Below are positions 23,846 through 36,023 of a DNA stretch of 64,000 bases, piece after piece. Origin of the DNA: Macrostomum lignano (Eukaryota); contig NIVC01000858.1 in NCBI GenBank assembly GCA_002269645.1, forward strand, positions 62,001 to 126,000, given 5' to 3'. The notes below the pieces were generated by a model. It saw nothing but the letters and a program-made list of their open reading frames with translations, had not been told where the DNA came from and did not search any database. A program made the translations under genes and the position numbers. The first letter of the stretch is position 1; each line of letters starts with the position of its first letter.

Positions 23846-25391
23846 TTGGTGAACCGGCCGGGGCGCCCCACCTGATTACTGACGAAGATGGAGTGCTCTT
23901 CTGCAAACACTCCTCAGCTATCAGACAGCAGCTTCCCAGCTTTAGCCATGGCTGGCATGTAAATTGAATGAGTTTGACTACTGTAGGGACCAATTGAATG
24001 CCCGGCCCTCTGCGATTGGGCCGCCAGAAAGGCAGCGGGACTCAGAAACTCCTGCTCTCAGCCGGTCTATTTACAATGCAAGTTGTTGTCAAGGTGCACT
24101 AGTAGTTGTACTGAAGAAGTTCTTTGCCAGCCACTGCCAGGGCAAAAATGAAGACAGCCGACCCTGGATAGGACTGCCCACTTAGCCTCTGCAGCTCTTG
24201 GGGCTTTTAGCTCTTTTCTTAGTTCGCCATTAGAGAGCTGCCCAATCTGTCTGTAGCGACAAAGAGAATAGTCCAACGATACCACAATGCTGATGGGCAA
24301 CAAGTCGGTGACATCAAAGTCAAGCGAAGATCAGCTTGGAGCTTATCCATACAGCAGCTGTGCTATTGAAAGTGAAACATTAAACCGCTCTTCATACTGG
24401 AACTACGACTTGCTCATAAGTACGAATACATTTAACATACAGTAAAAACCGACGGAGCACATGTACTCTGCTAGGAAGCGATTTTGCCCTTCCACTTTAC
24501 AACGTGGAGTTAATGGAGCGCGGCACGGGAGGAGGCGACGAATGAGTTGGCTGGATGAGTGGTGTCCACAATTGAGTGCTGTCAGCGTGAAACAGCCGCT
24601 ATTCGCAAACTAGATTCAAACTAAACCCATCCATCGGCAAAATCTGCATTTCAAAGAAACGCAACGAGAAAGAAACAAGGCCAAACTCAGATATTCGATC
24701 AATTGAAATAATTCATTCTCCTTTTTAAAGGATTTCGGCAAAATAAAGTGAAGCAAACTGAGGAAATGGAGGAGTGACGGATGTTGGAAAGAAGTTGAGA
24801 AGACAGCAGGAAGCTCGGCGGATGCAGAGCCGGTGGAATGTGCGGACAGCCTGCGCCTGAGCGCCCTCAATCGGCGTGTATGTTGCAACAATCAGCAATT
24901 CGCATGCAGTGAAAGACGGCAGTGGCGGTCAGACAGGCCCGGCCTCTGCAGTCGGGCAGCTCGGGCTGGCTGGCAGTGGAGCAAATCGATGCGCAGTGGA
25001 ATTACAGGGAACGAGGCAGCTAAACCAATATCCCAGTAGTAATAAAATAAGCCATAAACCTTCAATTCAAAAGCATTAAAATAGGAGAAACTCTGCACAG
25101 AGCATTGGGGCAATCTTTGTCAAATAGCAATTGGAGAGGGAGGGAAGCCCCAGGCCAGAGCGGGAGGAAACAATGGTCTGTACAGCGGGAGCAGTGAAAC
25201 AAGGGCACACAATGGCTGACTGTCACTGAGAGAAAACGCATTGCAGATTACATATCAAAGTACTGACGAGGGCTCCAACTCGCCCGGTGAAATGGAGCAT
25301 CGGCCCCTTTGGCTTTAACAATGGGAGCAGCAATTTCGTATTAGACTAGTAATACTTGAAGGTCATGGGGGTCAGGGGGTCAAAAAGGGGG

Positions 25392-28300
25392 TCACAGGTT
25401 CGGCGGCACAAGGTCTGACAGGCGCGGCTTGGACACAAACCAGGCGGTGCGGTGGCGCAGGGCCTTGCGCAGCATTTTCTCCTCCTCTGGCGAGCAGTGC
25501 AGCAGGGCGGACAGCGCCCGCACCAGGTGCTGCGCCTCGTCCTCGCGGGTCAGCAGGAACTTCAGCAGCACGTGCTTCAGGTACAGCAGGTTCACCAGTT
25601 CACCCTCCGCCGATTCAAGCCCGCCTGCGCCGCCGCCGTTCGTTGAATCTTCGTCTGTGGCGGCAGCGGCGGTAGCGGCAGCGGCGGGATCCGATGCGGC
25701 CGGTTCGTTGGGGAGGCGCGGGCACGGCTGCTGCTGCAGGCGGAGCTCCCGCTGCAGCGTCTTCTTCATGTCCAGCAGCCGCTGCTGCAGCACCCGGACG
25801 GTTTTGTTCCGCTCAGCCAGCTGGTCGCCGAGGCTCTGCACCTCCTGGCGCAGGGCGCGGACGCTCTCCGTCTCCAGGCTCACCACCACCGTCTCGCGCT
25901 CCCGCTCCAGCTCCGTCACCCGCTCCGCCAGCTCGCTGTTGGTCAGCGCCGCCGTCTCCGCCTGGCTCTCCAGCGAGGCGAGCTCCGCCCGCAGCGACTC
26001 CGCCTCCGACTGGTGCGCTGCCGTAGCTGCCCGCGCCTCTGACTCGGCAGCTGACAGTCGTTGCTCCAGCGACAGCTTCTCTGCGGGCCGGAGGTTCGGG
26101 TTCGCTGATTCTCAGACAGGAAGCTTCGGGCTCTTTCCGTTACCTACTGCCGGACTCTCCTTCCCCTGACTGCTGGACTCCCCCTTTTCCCTGACCGCCG
26201 GACTCCCCCCTTTCCTTGACTGCCAGACTCCCCTCCCTTTCCTTGACTGCCGGACTCTCCTCCTTTTCCTTGACTGCCGGACTCTCCTCCCTTTCCTTGA
26301 CTGCCGGACTCTCCTCCCTTTCCTTGACTGCTGGACTCTCCTCCCTTTCCTTGACTGCCGGACTCTCCCCCCTTTCCTTGACTGCTGGACTCCCCTCCCT
26401 TTCCCCTGACCGCCGGACTCCCCCCTTTCCTTGACTGCCAGACTCCCCTCCCTTTCCTTGACTGCTGGACTCCCCTCCCTTTCCCCTGACCGCCGGACTC
26501 CCCCCTTTCCTTGACTGCCAGACTCCCCTCCCTTTCCTTGACTGCCGGACTCTCCCCCCTTTCCTTGACTGCCGGACTCTCCTCCCTTTCCTTGACTGCC
26601 GGACTCTCCTCCCTTTCCTTGACTGCTGGACTCTCCTCCCTTTCCTTGACTGCCAGACTCTCCTCCCTTTCCTTGACTGCCGGACTCTCCTCCCTTTCCT
26701 TGACTGCCGGACTCTCCTCCCTTTCCTTGACTGCCAGACTCTCCTCTCCTACAGATTCTGTAGAACCACCACAGGTTTGTGTAAGTCCTTTCCGTCTTAA
26801 ATTTGAATCGGATATGCAGACGCCAAGGGGAATAAATCGGAGCAAATCAATTTCGTTGACAAGTTTACCTGGCCTCAGACTCACCCATCCTACCTGATTA
26901 ATTTAGACTAATAAAACTCACTCTAATTTAATTACTCAAATTCATAATTAAAATGCCAATTCCACTATCCCTCATCCCCAGCTGTTTCCGCAAAACCGGC
27001 ATCCAGCAGCAGCCGCCCCTCACCGGACTGCAGCTTCTCCGCCTCCGCCTGCGCCGCTCCGGCCTCCCGCTTGGCCGCCTGCAGTTTCCGCTGCAGATCC
27101 CGCAGCTCGGCGGCGCTGCTGTCCTTCAGCGAGGCCAGCTCCGTGACGCGCAGGTCCTGGTTGAAGCGGTCGGACCGCAGTCGGTCGATGTCCGAGTTCA
27201 GCGTCTGGACCTCCTCCTAGGGGCGGATAGGAGGGCGCTGTAGGATGAAAAACTTTGTAGGATGGCTCCAAAATCTCCCCCTTAGACTTGGAAATTTCAC
27301 TTCTTTAATCTGAAATCTCACCCTTCGATTTCGAGTCTTACTCTCAGATTTCAAATTTTTCCTTTAACTGCAGAATCTGACCCCTCAGACTCAGAATCTC
27401 ACCCCTCAGATTCATAAGCTTACCCTCAGATTCAAGTCTCACCCCTCAGATTCAGAATCTCACCCCTCAGATTCTGAATCTCACCCCTCAGATTCATAAG
27501 CTTACCCTCAGATTCAAAGTCTCACCCCTCAGACTCAGAATCTCACCCCTCAGATTCTGAATCTCACCCCTCAGATTCAAAGTCTCACCCCTCAGACTCA
27601 GAATCTCACCCCTCAGATTCAAAGTCTCACCCCTCAGACTCAGAATCTCACCCCTCAGATTCTGAATCTCACCCCTCAGATTCATAAGCTTACCCTCAGA
27701 TTCTGAATCTAACCCCTCAGATTAAAAATCTCACCCTCAGGTTTAAAATCTGACCCCTCAGATTCAGAATCTCACCCCTCAGATTCTGAATCTCACCCCT
27801 CAGATTCTGAATCTCACCCCTCAGATTCATAAGCTTATCCTCAGATTCAAAGTCTCACCCCTCAAATTCAGAATCTCAGCCCTCAGATTAAAAATCTCAC
27901 CCTCAGGTTTAAAATCTCACCCTTAGATTCAAAATCTCACCCTCAGATTCAGAACCACACTGTCAGTGACTCAGATTTTCAGTCTCTGTTTTGCAATGCA
28001 AGCCAAATTGCGTGCACTTATTAAACTTCGCACATTCAACATCGGAATCCCATGACCAACTCCGAGAGCACCAGCAAGAGCCTCCTCAGCAGCACAGACG
28101 GTGAAGCAGAAAAAGCCTGACGAAATCCGAGCTCGATATCGAATTTGGGGGGCAAAGCGGATCAAAGACGCATCAAAAGGCAGCGGCTTCGTGGTTTGGG
28201 GATGGAATTTCCCAGCTAGTCAATATACCGACACTGATGGCGCAAGAGCTCAATAATCAGGTGTCTCATTTACCAGAAGGTTGCACACAAGATGCGAGCT

Positions 28301-31300
28301 CACAGGTTCCCCAGCCTGAAAATTTGACTCACAGTCAGCGCCTGTCCCTGCCGCTCCAGCTTGGCGATGAGGTCCGCCCGCTCCTGCAGCTGGTGCACCG
28401 ACGAGTCCAGCTTAGCCTGCACTGCCGACTGAAAAAAACAGCGCATACTCGAATTGACTACTAGCACAAGTAGCAAAGTTAAGATAGACATTAATCGCGA
28501 TTGTTGAATGCATTTTATTTATAAACTAGCTGAGACCCACACTGCACCCGCATAGCAACCAGCTGTGACCCACACTGCACCCGCATAGCAACCAGCTGTG
28601 ATCCACACTGCACCCGCGTAGCAACCAGCTGAGACCCACACTGCACCCGCATAGCAACCAGCTGAGACGCACACTGCACCCGCATAGCAACCAGCTGAGA
28701 CCCACACTGCACCCGCGTAGCAACCAGCTGAGACCCACACTGCACCCGCATAGCAACCAGCTAAGACCCACACTGCACCCGCGTAGCAACCAGCTGAGAC
28801 TGCAATCAGCAGCTCACCAGAGCCTGCCGGTGCGCCAGCCGCTCGTCCTGCAGCTGCCGAGAGGCGGCCTGAAGCTCGGCCTGGAAGCTGTGCCGTTCGG
28901 CCTCCAAATCGGCCTGGGCATTCTCCAGCTGGCCAGTCAGGCGCTGCAGCTCGTGCTCCCGCTGCTCCAGCAACTCCTCCAGCCCGGCCACCCGGCTGGC
29001 CGCCTCCGCCGCCTTTGTCTCGGCGGCCGAAAGCGACTCGGCCAGACCGGTCGCCTCCCGCTGCTGCTGGCGGAGCGACTCCTGCAGCTCCTGCCGCTCC
29101 TCGGCCAGGCGGGCACCCAACTTGGCAACCTGCGCCTCCAGGCCGCGGGCGCGCTCGCCGGCCTCGCACTTGGCCTCGGACAGCTGTGCCAGCGCTTCGG
29201 ACAGCCGGCCGTCCAGGTGGTCCCGTTCTGCCGTGACCGACCGAAGCCGTTCGTCCTGTGGTTGAATAAATGAACCAAAAATTAGTGCTTGTGACTTTTT
29301 CACTCCAAGCTTCTTGCTAAGCAACCCGGTGTCAATAGACAACTTATGAATTGCATGCTTAGCAACCAGATTCTAATAGACGGCATCAGATTCGTTGCTT
29401 AGCAACCCAGATGGCAACGGATAGCATGGGGTTTGTTGGTAAGCAACCAGTCTCTAATACTGCAGAAGTCCCACTCCTCACCTGCCCGCCGCCGTCCGAG
29501 TCCAGGCTCTGCACCCGCTGCTCAAGCAGACGGATTCGCTCGGCGGCTGCTGCCTGACGCTCGTCGGCCTCGGCCTGCAGCCGCAGCAGGCGGGCCTGCA
29601 GCTGCTCGGACTCCTTCTGCAGGCACTGGTTCTTCGTGTGCAGCTCCGCCCCGGACCGCTCCACGTTTGCCAGAAGTGCCTGCGCCAGTAAGACAGAAAT
29701 ATCATGCAGAGTTGCTTAACCCGGCTACTAGCAGTAGCATAGCGAGAGCACGTTTTGCCCAGTCTTATTTTGGCATGTGTCACACATGCAGAGACAACAC
29801 GTCTAGACTACGAGTATTTATCAGACAACCTTCAGTTAGTGAGACACAACCTCCAGTCTGTGAGACACAGCCTCCAGTCTGTGAGACACAGCCTCCAGTC
29901 TGTGAGACACAGCCTCCAGTCTGTGAGACACAGCCTCCAGTCTGTGAGACACAACCTCCAGTTAGTGAGACAACCTCCAGTTAGTGAGACAACCTGCAGT
30001 CAGAGAAAACCTGCAGTCAGACACAACCTTCAGTCAGAGACACAACCTCCAGTCTGAGACACAACCTCCAGTCTGAGACACAACCTCCAGTCTGAGACAC
30101 AACCTCCAGTCAGAGACACAACCTCCAGTCTGAGACACAACCTGCAGTCAGAGACAACCTGCAGTCAGACACAACCTCCAGTCAGAGACACAACCTCCAG
30201 TCAGAGACAACCTCCAGTCTGAGACACAACCTCCAGTCAGAGACACAACCTCCAGTCAGAGACAACAGCGTCCCGTCAGTGAGACACAACCCTCAGTCTG
30301 AGACAACCGCAGTCTATAAGACACTGCAAGCGGCCCAGCCCCAGCCCTACCTGTGTCTTATTCAGCTGTCCCGTCTGCTCGTCCAGCCGCTTCTCCAGGT
30401 CGTCCTTCTCGCCCAGCAGGGACTTGATGGTGGCCTGCAGGCTGCGCCGCTCCTCCAGCTCCTTGCTGCGCTCCTCCTGCAGCCGGTCGATGCGCTGCTG
30501 CCGCAGGTCGCTCTCCCGCCTCGCCCGTTCTGCGTCCCGCTTTGCTGCGTCCGCCTCGCACTTGGTGGCGTCCAGCTGCCTGTGGGCTTCCGCCAGCTGC
30601 GTCTCCGCGTTCAACAGCATGTGCTTCACCTTGGCCAGCTCCTGCCTGGCCAGGTCCCGGATCTCATCCGACTCTTCCTCCTTCTGCTGCGCCTGCTGGC
30701 GGAACTCGCTGGTCTCCGCCTGCAGCCGGCTCAGCTCCTGCGTCAGCTGCTGCTTCTCCTGTGGGGATAGGGGGACACTGTTTGATCCCATTGCTGCCTG
30801 CAGGGGGATCTGGCGGGGACACTGTTATCCCATTGCTGCCTGTAGGTGGGATCTGGCGGGGACACTGTTATCCCATTGCTGCCTGCAGGCGGGATCTGGC
30901 GGGGACACTGTTATCCCATTGCTGCCTGCAGGCGGGATCTGGCGGGGACACTGTTATCCCATTGCTGCCTGCAGGTGGGATCTGGCGGGGACACTGTTAT
31001 CCCATTGCTGCCTGCAGGTGGGATCTGGCGGGGACACTGTTATCCCATTGCTGCCTGCAGGTGGGATCTGGCGGGGACACTGTTATCCCATTGCTGCCTG
31101 CAGGTGGGATCTGGCGGGGACACTGTTATCCCATTGCTGCCTGCAGGTGGGATCTGGCGGGGACACTGTTATCCCATTGCTGCCTGTAGGTAGGATCCGG
31201 CGGGGACACAAGGAAATTTTTATAAACCGCTCCCCTAACTCCAAGGATTAGGGGAAATCCACCGGCGGTCCGCGGGATAATCAATGTGTTTCCCATCGCC

Positions 31301-34300
31301 TGGGAAGCCGCTATTACGCGCGCGATGAAATGCTTAACTGAAAATAAAGATGCTGCAAGCAACAACATTAATATTTATTGGTATTAAAATCTAGCATTTG
31401 AGAAATTAAACAACAATCAGACACCCCGCGAGTACTGCTCAGGGCTGGCGGATCTTCGAGTGCAATCGGACTAATTCAATATAAGGTAATAATGGAGTGC
31501 GTATATAAATAAATACTGAAGTAAAATATTGCGGAGCACAGCTGCGAACGCAGAAGTTATTATGGGAATTTCTAAGACTAATACGCTAACAATTATCGGC
31601 AGTAATTAAAATATAAAATAATGGCGCTGAAGCCACCGAGGTGCAAGCGGGCTGGGCTTGATGTATCGAAACGAAAATAAGCAGTCTGACTGCTCTAAAC
31701 TGATTAGTTTGTCCACTGCAAGTAACCAATGAGTTGGGCTTCTGGGACCGCTTCAGGGTCCGATTAATCCTACTTCAGGGTCCACTCAATCCTACTTCAG
31801 GGTCCGCTCAATCCTACTTCAGGGTCCACTCAATCCTACTTCAGGGTCCACTCAATCCTACTTCAGGGTCCGTTCAATCCTACTTCAGGGTCCGCTCAAT
31901 CCTACTTTAGGGTCCGCTCAATCCTACTTCAGGGTCCGTTCAATCCTACTTCAGGGTCCACTCAATCCTACTTCAGGGTCCACTCAATCCTACTTCAGGG
32001 TCCGCTCAATCCTACTTCAGGGTCCACTCAATCCTACTTCAGGGTCCACTCAATCCTACTTCAGGGTCCACTCAATCCTACTTCAGGGTCCACTCAATCC
32101 TACTTCAGGGTCCGTTCAATCCTACTTCAGGGTCCGTTCAATCCTACTTCAGGGTCCGCTCAATCCTACTTCAGGGTCCGCTCAATCCTACTTCAGGGTC
32201 CACTCAATCCTACTTCAGGGTCCACTCAATCCTACTTCAGGGTCCGCTCAATCCTACTTCAGGGTCCGCTCAATCCTACTTCAGGGTCCACTCAATCCTA
32301 CTTCAGGGTCCGCTCAATCCTACTTCAGGGTCCGCTCAATCCTACTTCAGGGTCCGCTCAATCCTACTTCAGGGTCCACTCAATCCTACTTCAGGGTCCG
32401 CTCAATCCTACTTCAGGGTCCGCTCAATCCTACTTCAGGGTCCGCTCAATCCTACTTCAGGGTCCACTCAATCCTACTTCAGGGTCCGCTCAATCCTACT
32501 TCAGGGTCCGCTCAATCCTACTTCAGGGTCCGCTCAATCCTACTTCAGGGTCCGCTCAAATCAGGCTTTAGGGTCCACCAAGTTCTACTTCAGTGATTAG
32601 GATTATGCATCATGAAATTTAACGCCTAGCGCTTCGAGCGACTAAAAATGAAGCACTAATTCTGCTAAAATGAATGAAGTTGTGGTTAAACACGTGCATA
32701 GGATAGGCTGCATAAGCAGCTAGGGTTCACTCCCAGGTGCTTAATCATATTCGGCTGCTCATGCACAGAACTCGAACTCAAAAAAACTGATGGGTACAAC
32801 AGATAGCTACGCTAAACAAATAATTTATAAAAAAATGGAAACTGCGCCGGTAAGGGCAACACAAAAGTGCATGCCGGGCGCTGGCAAACAGGTATGGCTG
32901 ACACGATAGTTAATACCTGACCGGCTGGCCGGCTACTCTGTTCGGAACTCTGCGGGGTTCAAAAATTAATTGGATTGGCGATTGCGGGCTCGGCAATGAG
33001 CGACCTCGGGCTGGACGGGCGGCAAGCTCTGAAAATGCTGGATATGAACTGGGCAATCTGGGACTGATTGGCAGAAGGCGGGGAGGTCCTGGCAACTGCG
33101 GCTTACCTCAAGTATAGCCTGGGTGGCGTTCTGCTGTTGCGTCTGAATGACCTCCTTGGCGGACTGGAATGACTCCCGCAGGCTGCTGATGACGCCTTCG
33201 TACTCTGATGAAGTGGGAAGGGTGAGGGCGACTTGGTGCGGGCTCCATTTTTAGGCTTTTCGGGGCCAGCTCTCCCAGCTATTCGCGGAAAGTTTCCCTG
33301 AGCTATTCGGGGACGGTTCTCTGAGCTATTCGGGGACGGTTCTCTGAGATATTCGGGGAACGTTTCTCTGAGATATTCGGGGATGGTTCTCTGAGATATT
33401 CGGTAGGTTCTCTGAGATATTCGGGGGCGGTTCTCTGAGATATTCGGGGCGGTTCTCTGAGCTATTCGGGGAACGTTTCTCAGAGCTATTCGGGGACGGT
33501 TCTCTGAGATATTCGGGGACGGTTCTCTGAGCTATTCGGGGACAGTTCTCTGAGATATTCGGGGATGGTTCTCTGAGATATTCGGTAGGTTCTCTGAGAT
33601 ATTCGGGGGCGGTTCTCTGAGATATTCGGGGGCGGTTCTCTGAGCTATTCGGGGACGGTTCTCGGAGATATTCGGGGACGGTTCTCTGAGCTATTCGGGG
33701 AACGTTTCTCTGAGCTATTCGGGGACGGTTCTCTGAGATATTCGGTAGGTTCTCTGAGATATTCGGGGGCGGTTCTCTGAGATATTCGGGGACGGTTCTC
33801 TGAGATATTCGGGGACGGTTCTCTGAGCTATTCGGTAGGTTCTCTGAGATATTCGGGGACGGTTTTCTGAGATATTCGGGGGCGGTTCTCTGAGATATTC
33901 GGGGGCGGTTCTCTGAGATATTCGGGGACGGTTCTCTGAGATATTCGGGGAACGTTTCTCTGAGCTATTCGGGGCGGTTCTCTGAGATATTCGGGGACAG
34001 TTCTCTGAGATATTCGGGGACGGTTCTCTGAGCTATTCGGGGACGGTTCTCTGAGCTATTCGGGGACGGTTCTCTGAGATATTCGGGGACGGTTCTCTGA
34101 GATATTCGGTAGGTTCTCTGAGATATTCGGGGGCGGTTCTCTGAGATATTCGGGGGCGGTTCTCTGAGCTATTCGGGGACGGTTCTCTGAGCTATTCGGG
34201 GGCGGTTCTCTGAGCTATTCGGGGAACGTTTCTCTGAGCTATTCGGGGACGGTTCTCTGAGCTATTCGGGGACGGTTCTCTGAGCTATTCGGGGACGGTT

Positions 34301-36023
34301 CTCTGAGCTATTCGGGGAACGTTTCTCTGAGATATTCGGTAGGTTCTCTGAGATATTCGGGGACGGTTCTCTAAGCTATTCGGGGAACGTTTCTCTGAGC
34401 TATTCGGGGGCGGTTCTCTGAGATATTCGGGGACGGTTCTCTGAGATATTCGGGGGCGGTTCTCTGAGATATTCGGGGGCGGTTCTCTGAGCTATTCGGG
34501 GACGGTTCTCTGAGATATTCGGGGACGGTTCTCTGAGCTATTCGGGGAACGTTTCTCTGAGCTATTCGGGGACGGTTCTCTGAGATATTCGGGGACGGTT
34601 CTCTGAGATATTCGGTAGGTTCTCTGAGATATTCGGGGCGGTTCTCTGAGCTATTTCAAAGCAAAAAAGCCATGTTCAGCGTCATGCAGCATTACTGGAA
34701 GCGCGGTGCCTCACCCGCTTTTTGCTTGTCCAGCGCCCGCCGCAGCTCGTCAATGGTGGCGGACTTTTGGCGCACCAGCGTGGCCAGGTCCGTCACTGTC
34801 ATCTTGCGCTTGCCAGCATCTTTTCTGCCCTGCTGCTGCTGCTGCTGCTCACTTGCAGACTGGCCACTATCCATCGATTCTGTGGATGGTGTCCGCTTTA
34901 CATCTGGTGGGCGGTGAGATCAAAGGGTTTATATCTACAACGAAATCCTATGCAGTTATTGAATACAAAATGTAAAGACAAAATACAATACTTGCCAGCA
35001 GGGGGACTCATGTAAGCCGCTGACAGTGACTTGACAGGTGGGAACTGTGTTGGCTTGAGCTTGTCAAACAGAGATGCACCCGCATTGGGTCTCTTAGCCA
35101 TGGGGGCAGCTGGTCTGGCACTCACTTTGTGGCTTAATGTCAAGGAATTTTAGACATAAATAATTAATCAATGCATAATCAACAAAGAAATAATCTTTTT
35201 TCCAAAAGAAAAAAGTTCCTTTCTAGAATTTTTCTTAACAACAAAGGAATAATATAAGTATATAAGAATTCTATCAAATGCTAAGAAATCTTGTTTTGTA
35301 GGTTTTTATGAACAATTTAAAATATCTATTTGTTTTGTAATATCTTAAAAATAAGAACTTATATGAAGCAACTCATTTTGTTAGAGGATTAGACACATGA
35401 AGAATGCTAACTTTAACTATAACAAGTTGCTAAGCCTTATAAAAGAAACAAATTCTAAGGTAGGAACTCTAGTGAGACTTTGAAAGTTCAAAAAGTATAT
35501 TGTGACGTTGTCAGTTTAAGGTGGTCCCGAAAAGGGCCGTTGGACTGCTGTTCTCCATAGTCATTCAACCCTTCAGTTTCACCGTTTCAACTAAACTTTT
35601 CCATTCGTTTATTGCGACGTTTACTTGTAGTAGTGCCCAACGATTTTGTGGCAATTTCTAATTCACTGTATATTTTGCTATCCTCTCTCGCGACCGTATA
35701 AAATTGGCACGATTGATAATTTTAAGTTCTCTCGCCAGCCAATGAAATCACTCGTGCTTGCGCTACCCCCCCCCTCTGCGCTCTTTTATTAAACCCCCCG
35801 CCTGGCGGCGGGCACCCCTCACGCTTTCGCTTCTCTCTCTCTCCTCTCTGTCTGTCCTTGGCCTTGTGTGTGTTTTGCGTTCTTGTCTGGCTGCCTCGAG
35901 CCTCCCTATTTCTCGCCACGGCCCCTCTGTCTGGGCCAGCCTGCTCACACACTTACTTGACTGTTTCATGCCACGACCGACGCCAAACTTGCCACTACGT
36001 TTCACTGCCTTCACTGTGCTCAT
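25392..36023 (-). CDS. GOLGA1: Golgin-97-like GRIP-domain coiled-coil golgin (10 exons, about 830 aa)
   Basis: Phase-consistent exons: 36023-35957, 35124-34996, 34903-34715, 33204-33107, 30758-30351, 29679-29482, 29255-28818, 28428-28333, 27216-27024, 26080-25392. The C-terminal VNLLYLKHVLLKFLLTREDEAQHLVRALSALLHCSPEEEKMLRKALRHRTAWFVSKP matches the golgin-97 GRIP domain. The two 5' exons are less certain. Confidence 0.88.
26148..26748. repeat. Intronic minisatellite, 27-bp unit
   Basis: (CTTGACTGCCGGACTCTCCTCCCTTTC)n, about 22 copies. Confidence 0.95.
27375..27955. repeat. Intronic minisatellite, 21-bp unit
   Basis: (TCTCACCCCTCAGATTCAGAA)n with variants. Confidence 0.95.
28528..28800. repeat. 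Intronic minisatellite, 33-bp unit
   Basis: (CTGAGACCCACACTGCACCCGCATAGCAACCAG)n, about 8 copies, starting 17 bp from the donor site. Confidence 0.95.
29825..30310. repeat. Intronic minisatellite, 17-21-bp unit
   Basis: (ACAACCTCCAGTCTG[TG]AGAC)n. Confidence 0.95.
30770..31210. repeat. Intronic minisatellite, 43-bp unit, abutting a splice acceptor
   Basis: (GGGGACACTGTTATCCCATTGCTGCCTGCAGGTGGGATCTGGC)n, about 10 copies. Confidence 0.95.
31750..32560. repeat. Intronic minisatellite, 22-bp unit
   Basis: (AGGGTCC[G/A]CTCAATCCTACTTC)n, about 36 highly homogeneous copies. Confidence 0.95.
33295..34655. repeat. Intronic variant minisatellite, 21-24-bp unit
   Basis: (TTCTCTGAG[A/C]TATTCGGGGACGG)n with GGGGGCGG, GGGGAACGT and GGTAGG variants, about 60 copies. 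Confidence 0.95.

Noticed and set aside
26144-26897. Repeat ORFs (SPAVKEREE and similar)
   Set aside because: Translations of the intronic 27-bp minisatellite. The true GOLGA1 exons splice around it in phase.
29429-30791. Plus-strand ORFs overlapping GOLGA1 exons (also over KChIP, GIT and RNF4)
   Set aside because: Antisense shadow ORFs expected from GC-rich coding sequence.
31750-34655. CRISPR-like appearance of short regular repeats
   Set aside because: The units are head-to-tail with no unique spacers, there are no cas genes, and they lie in spliceosomal introns.
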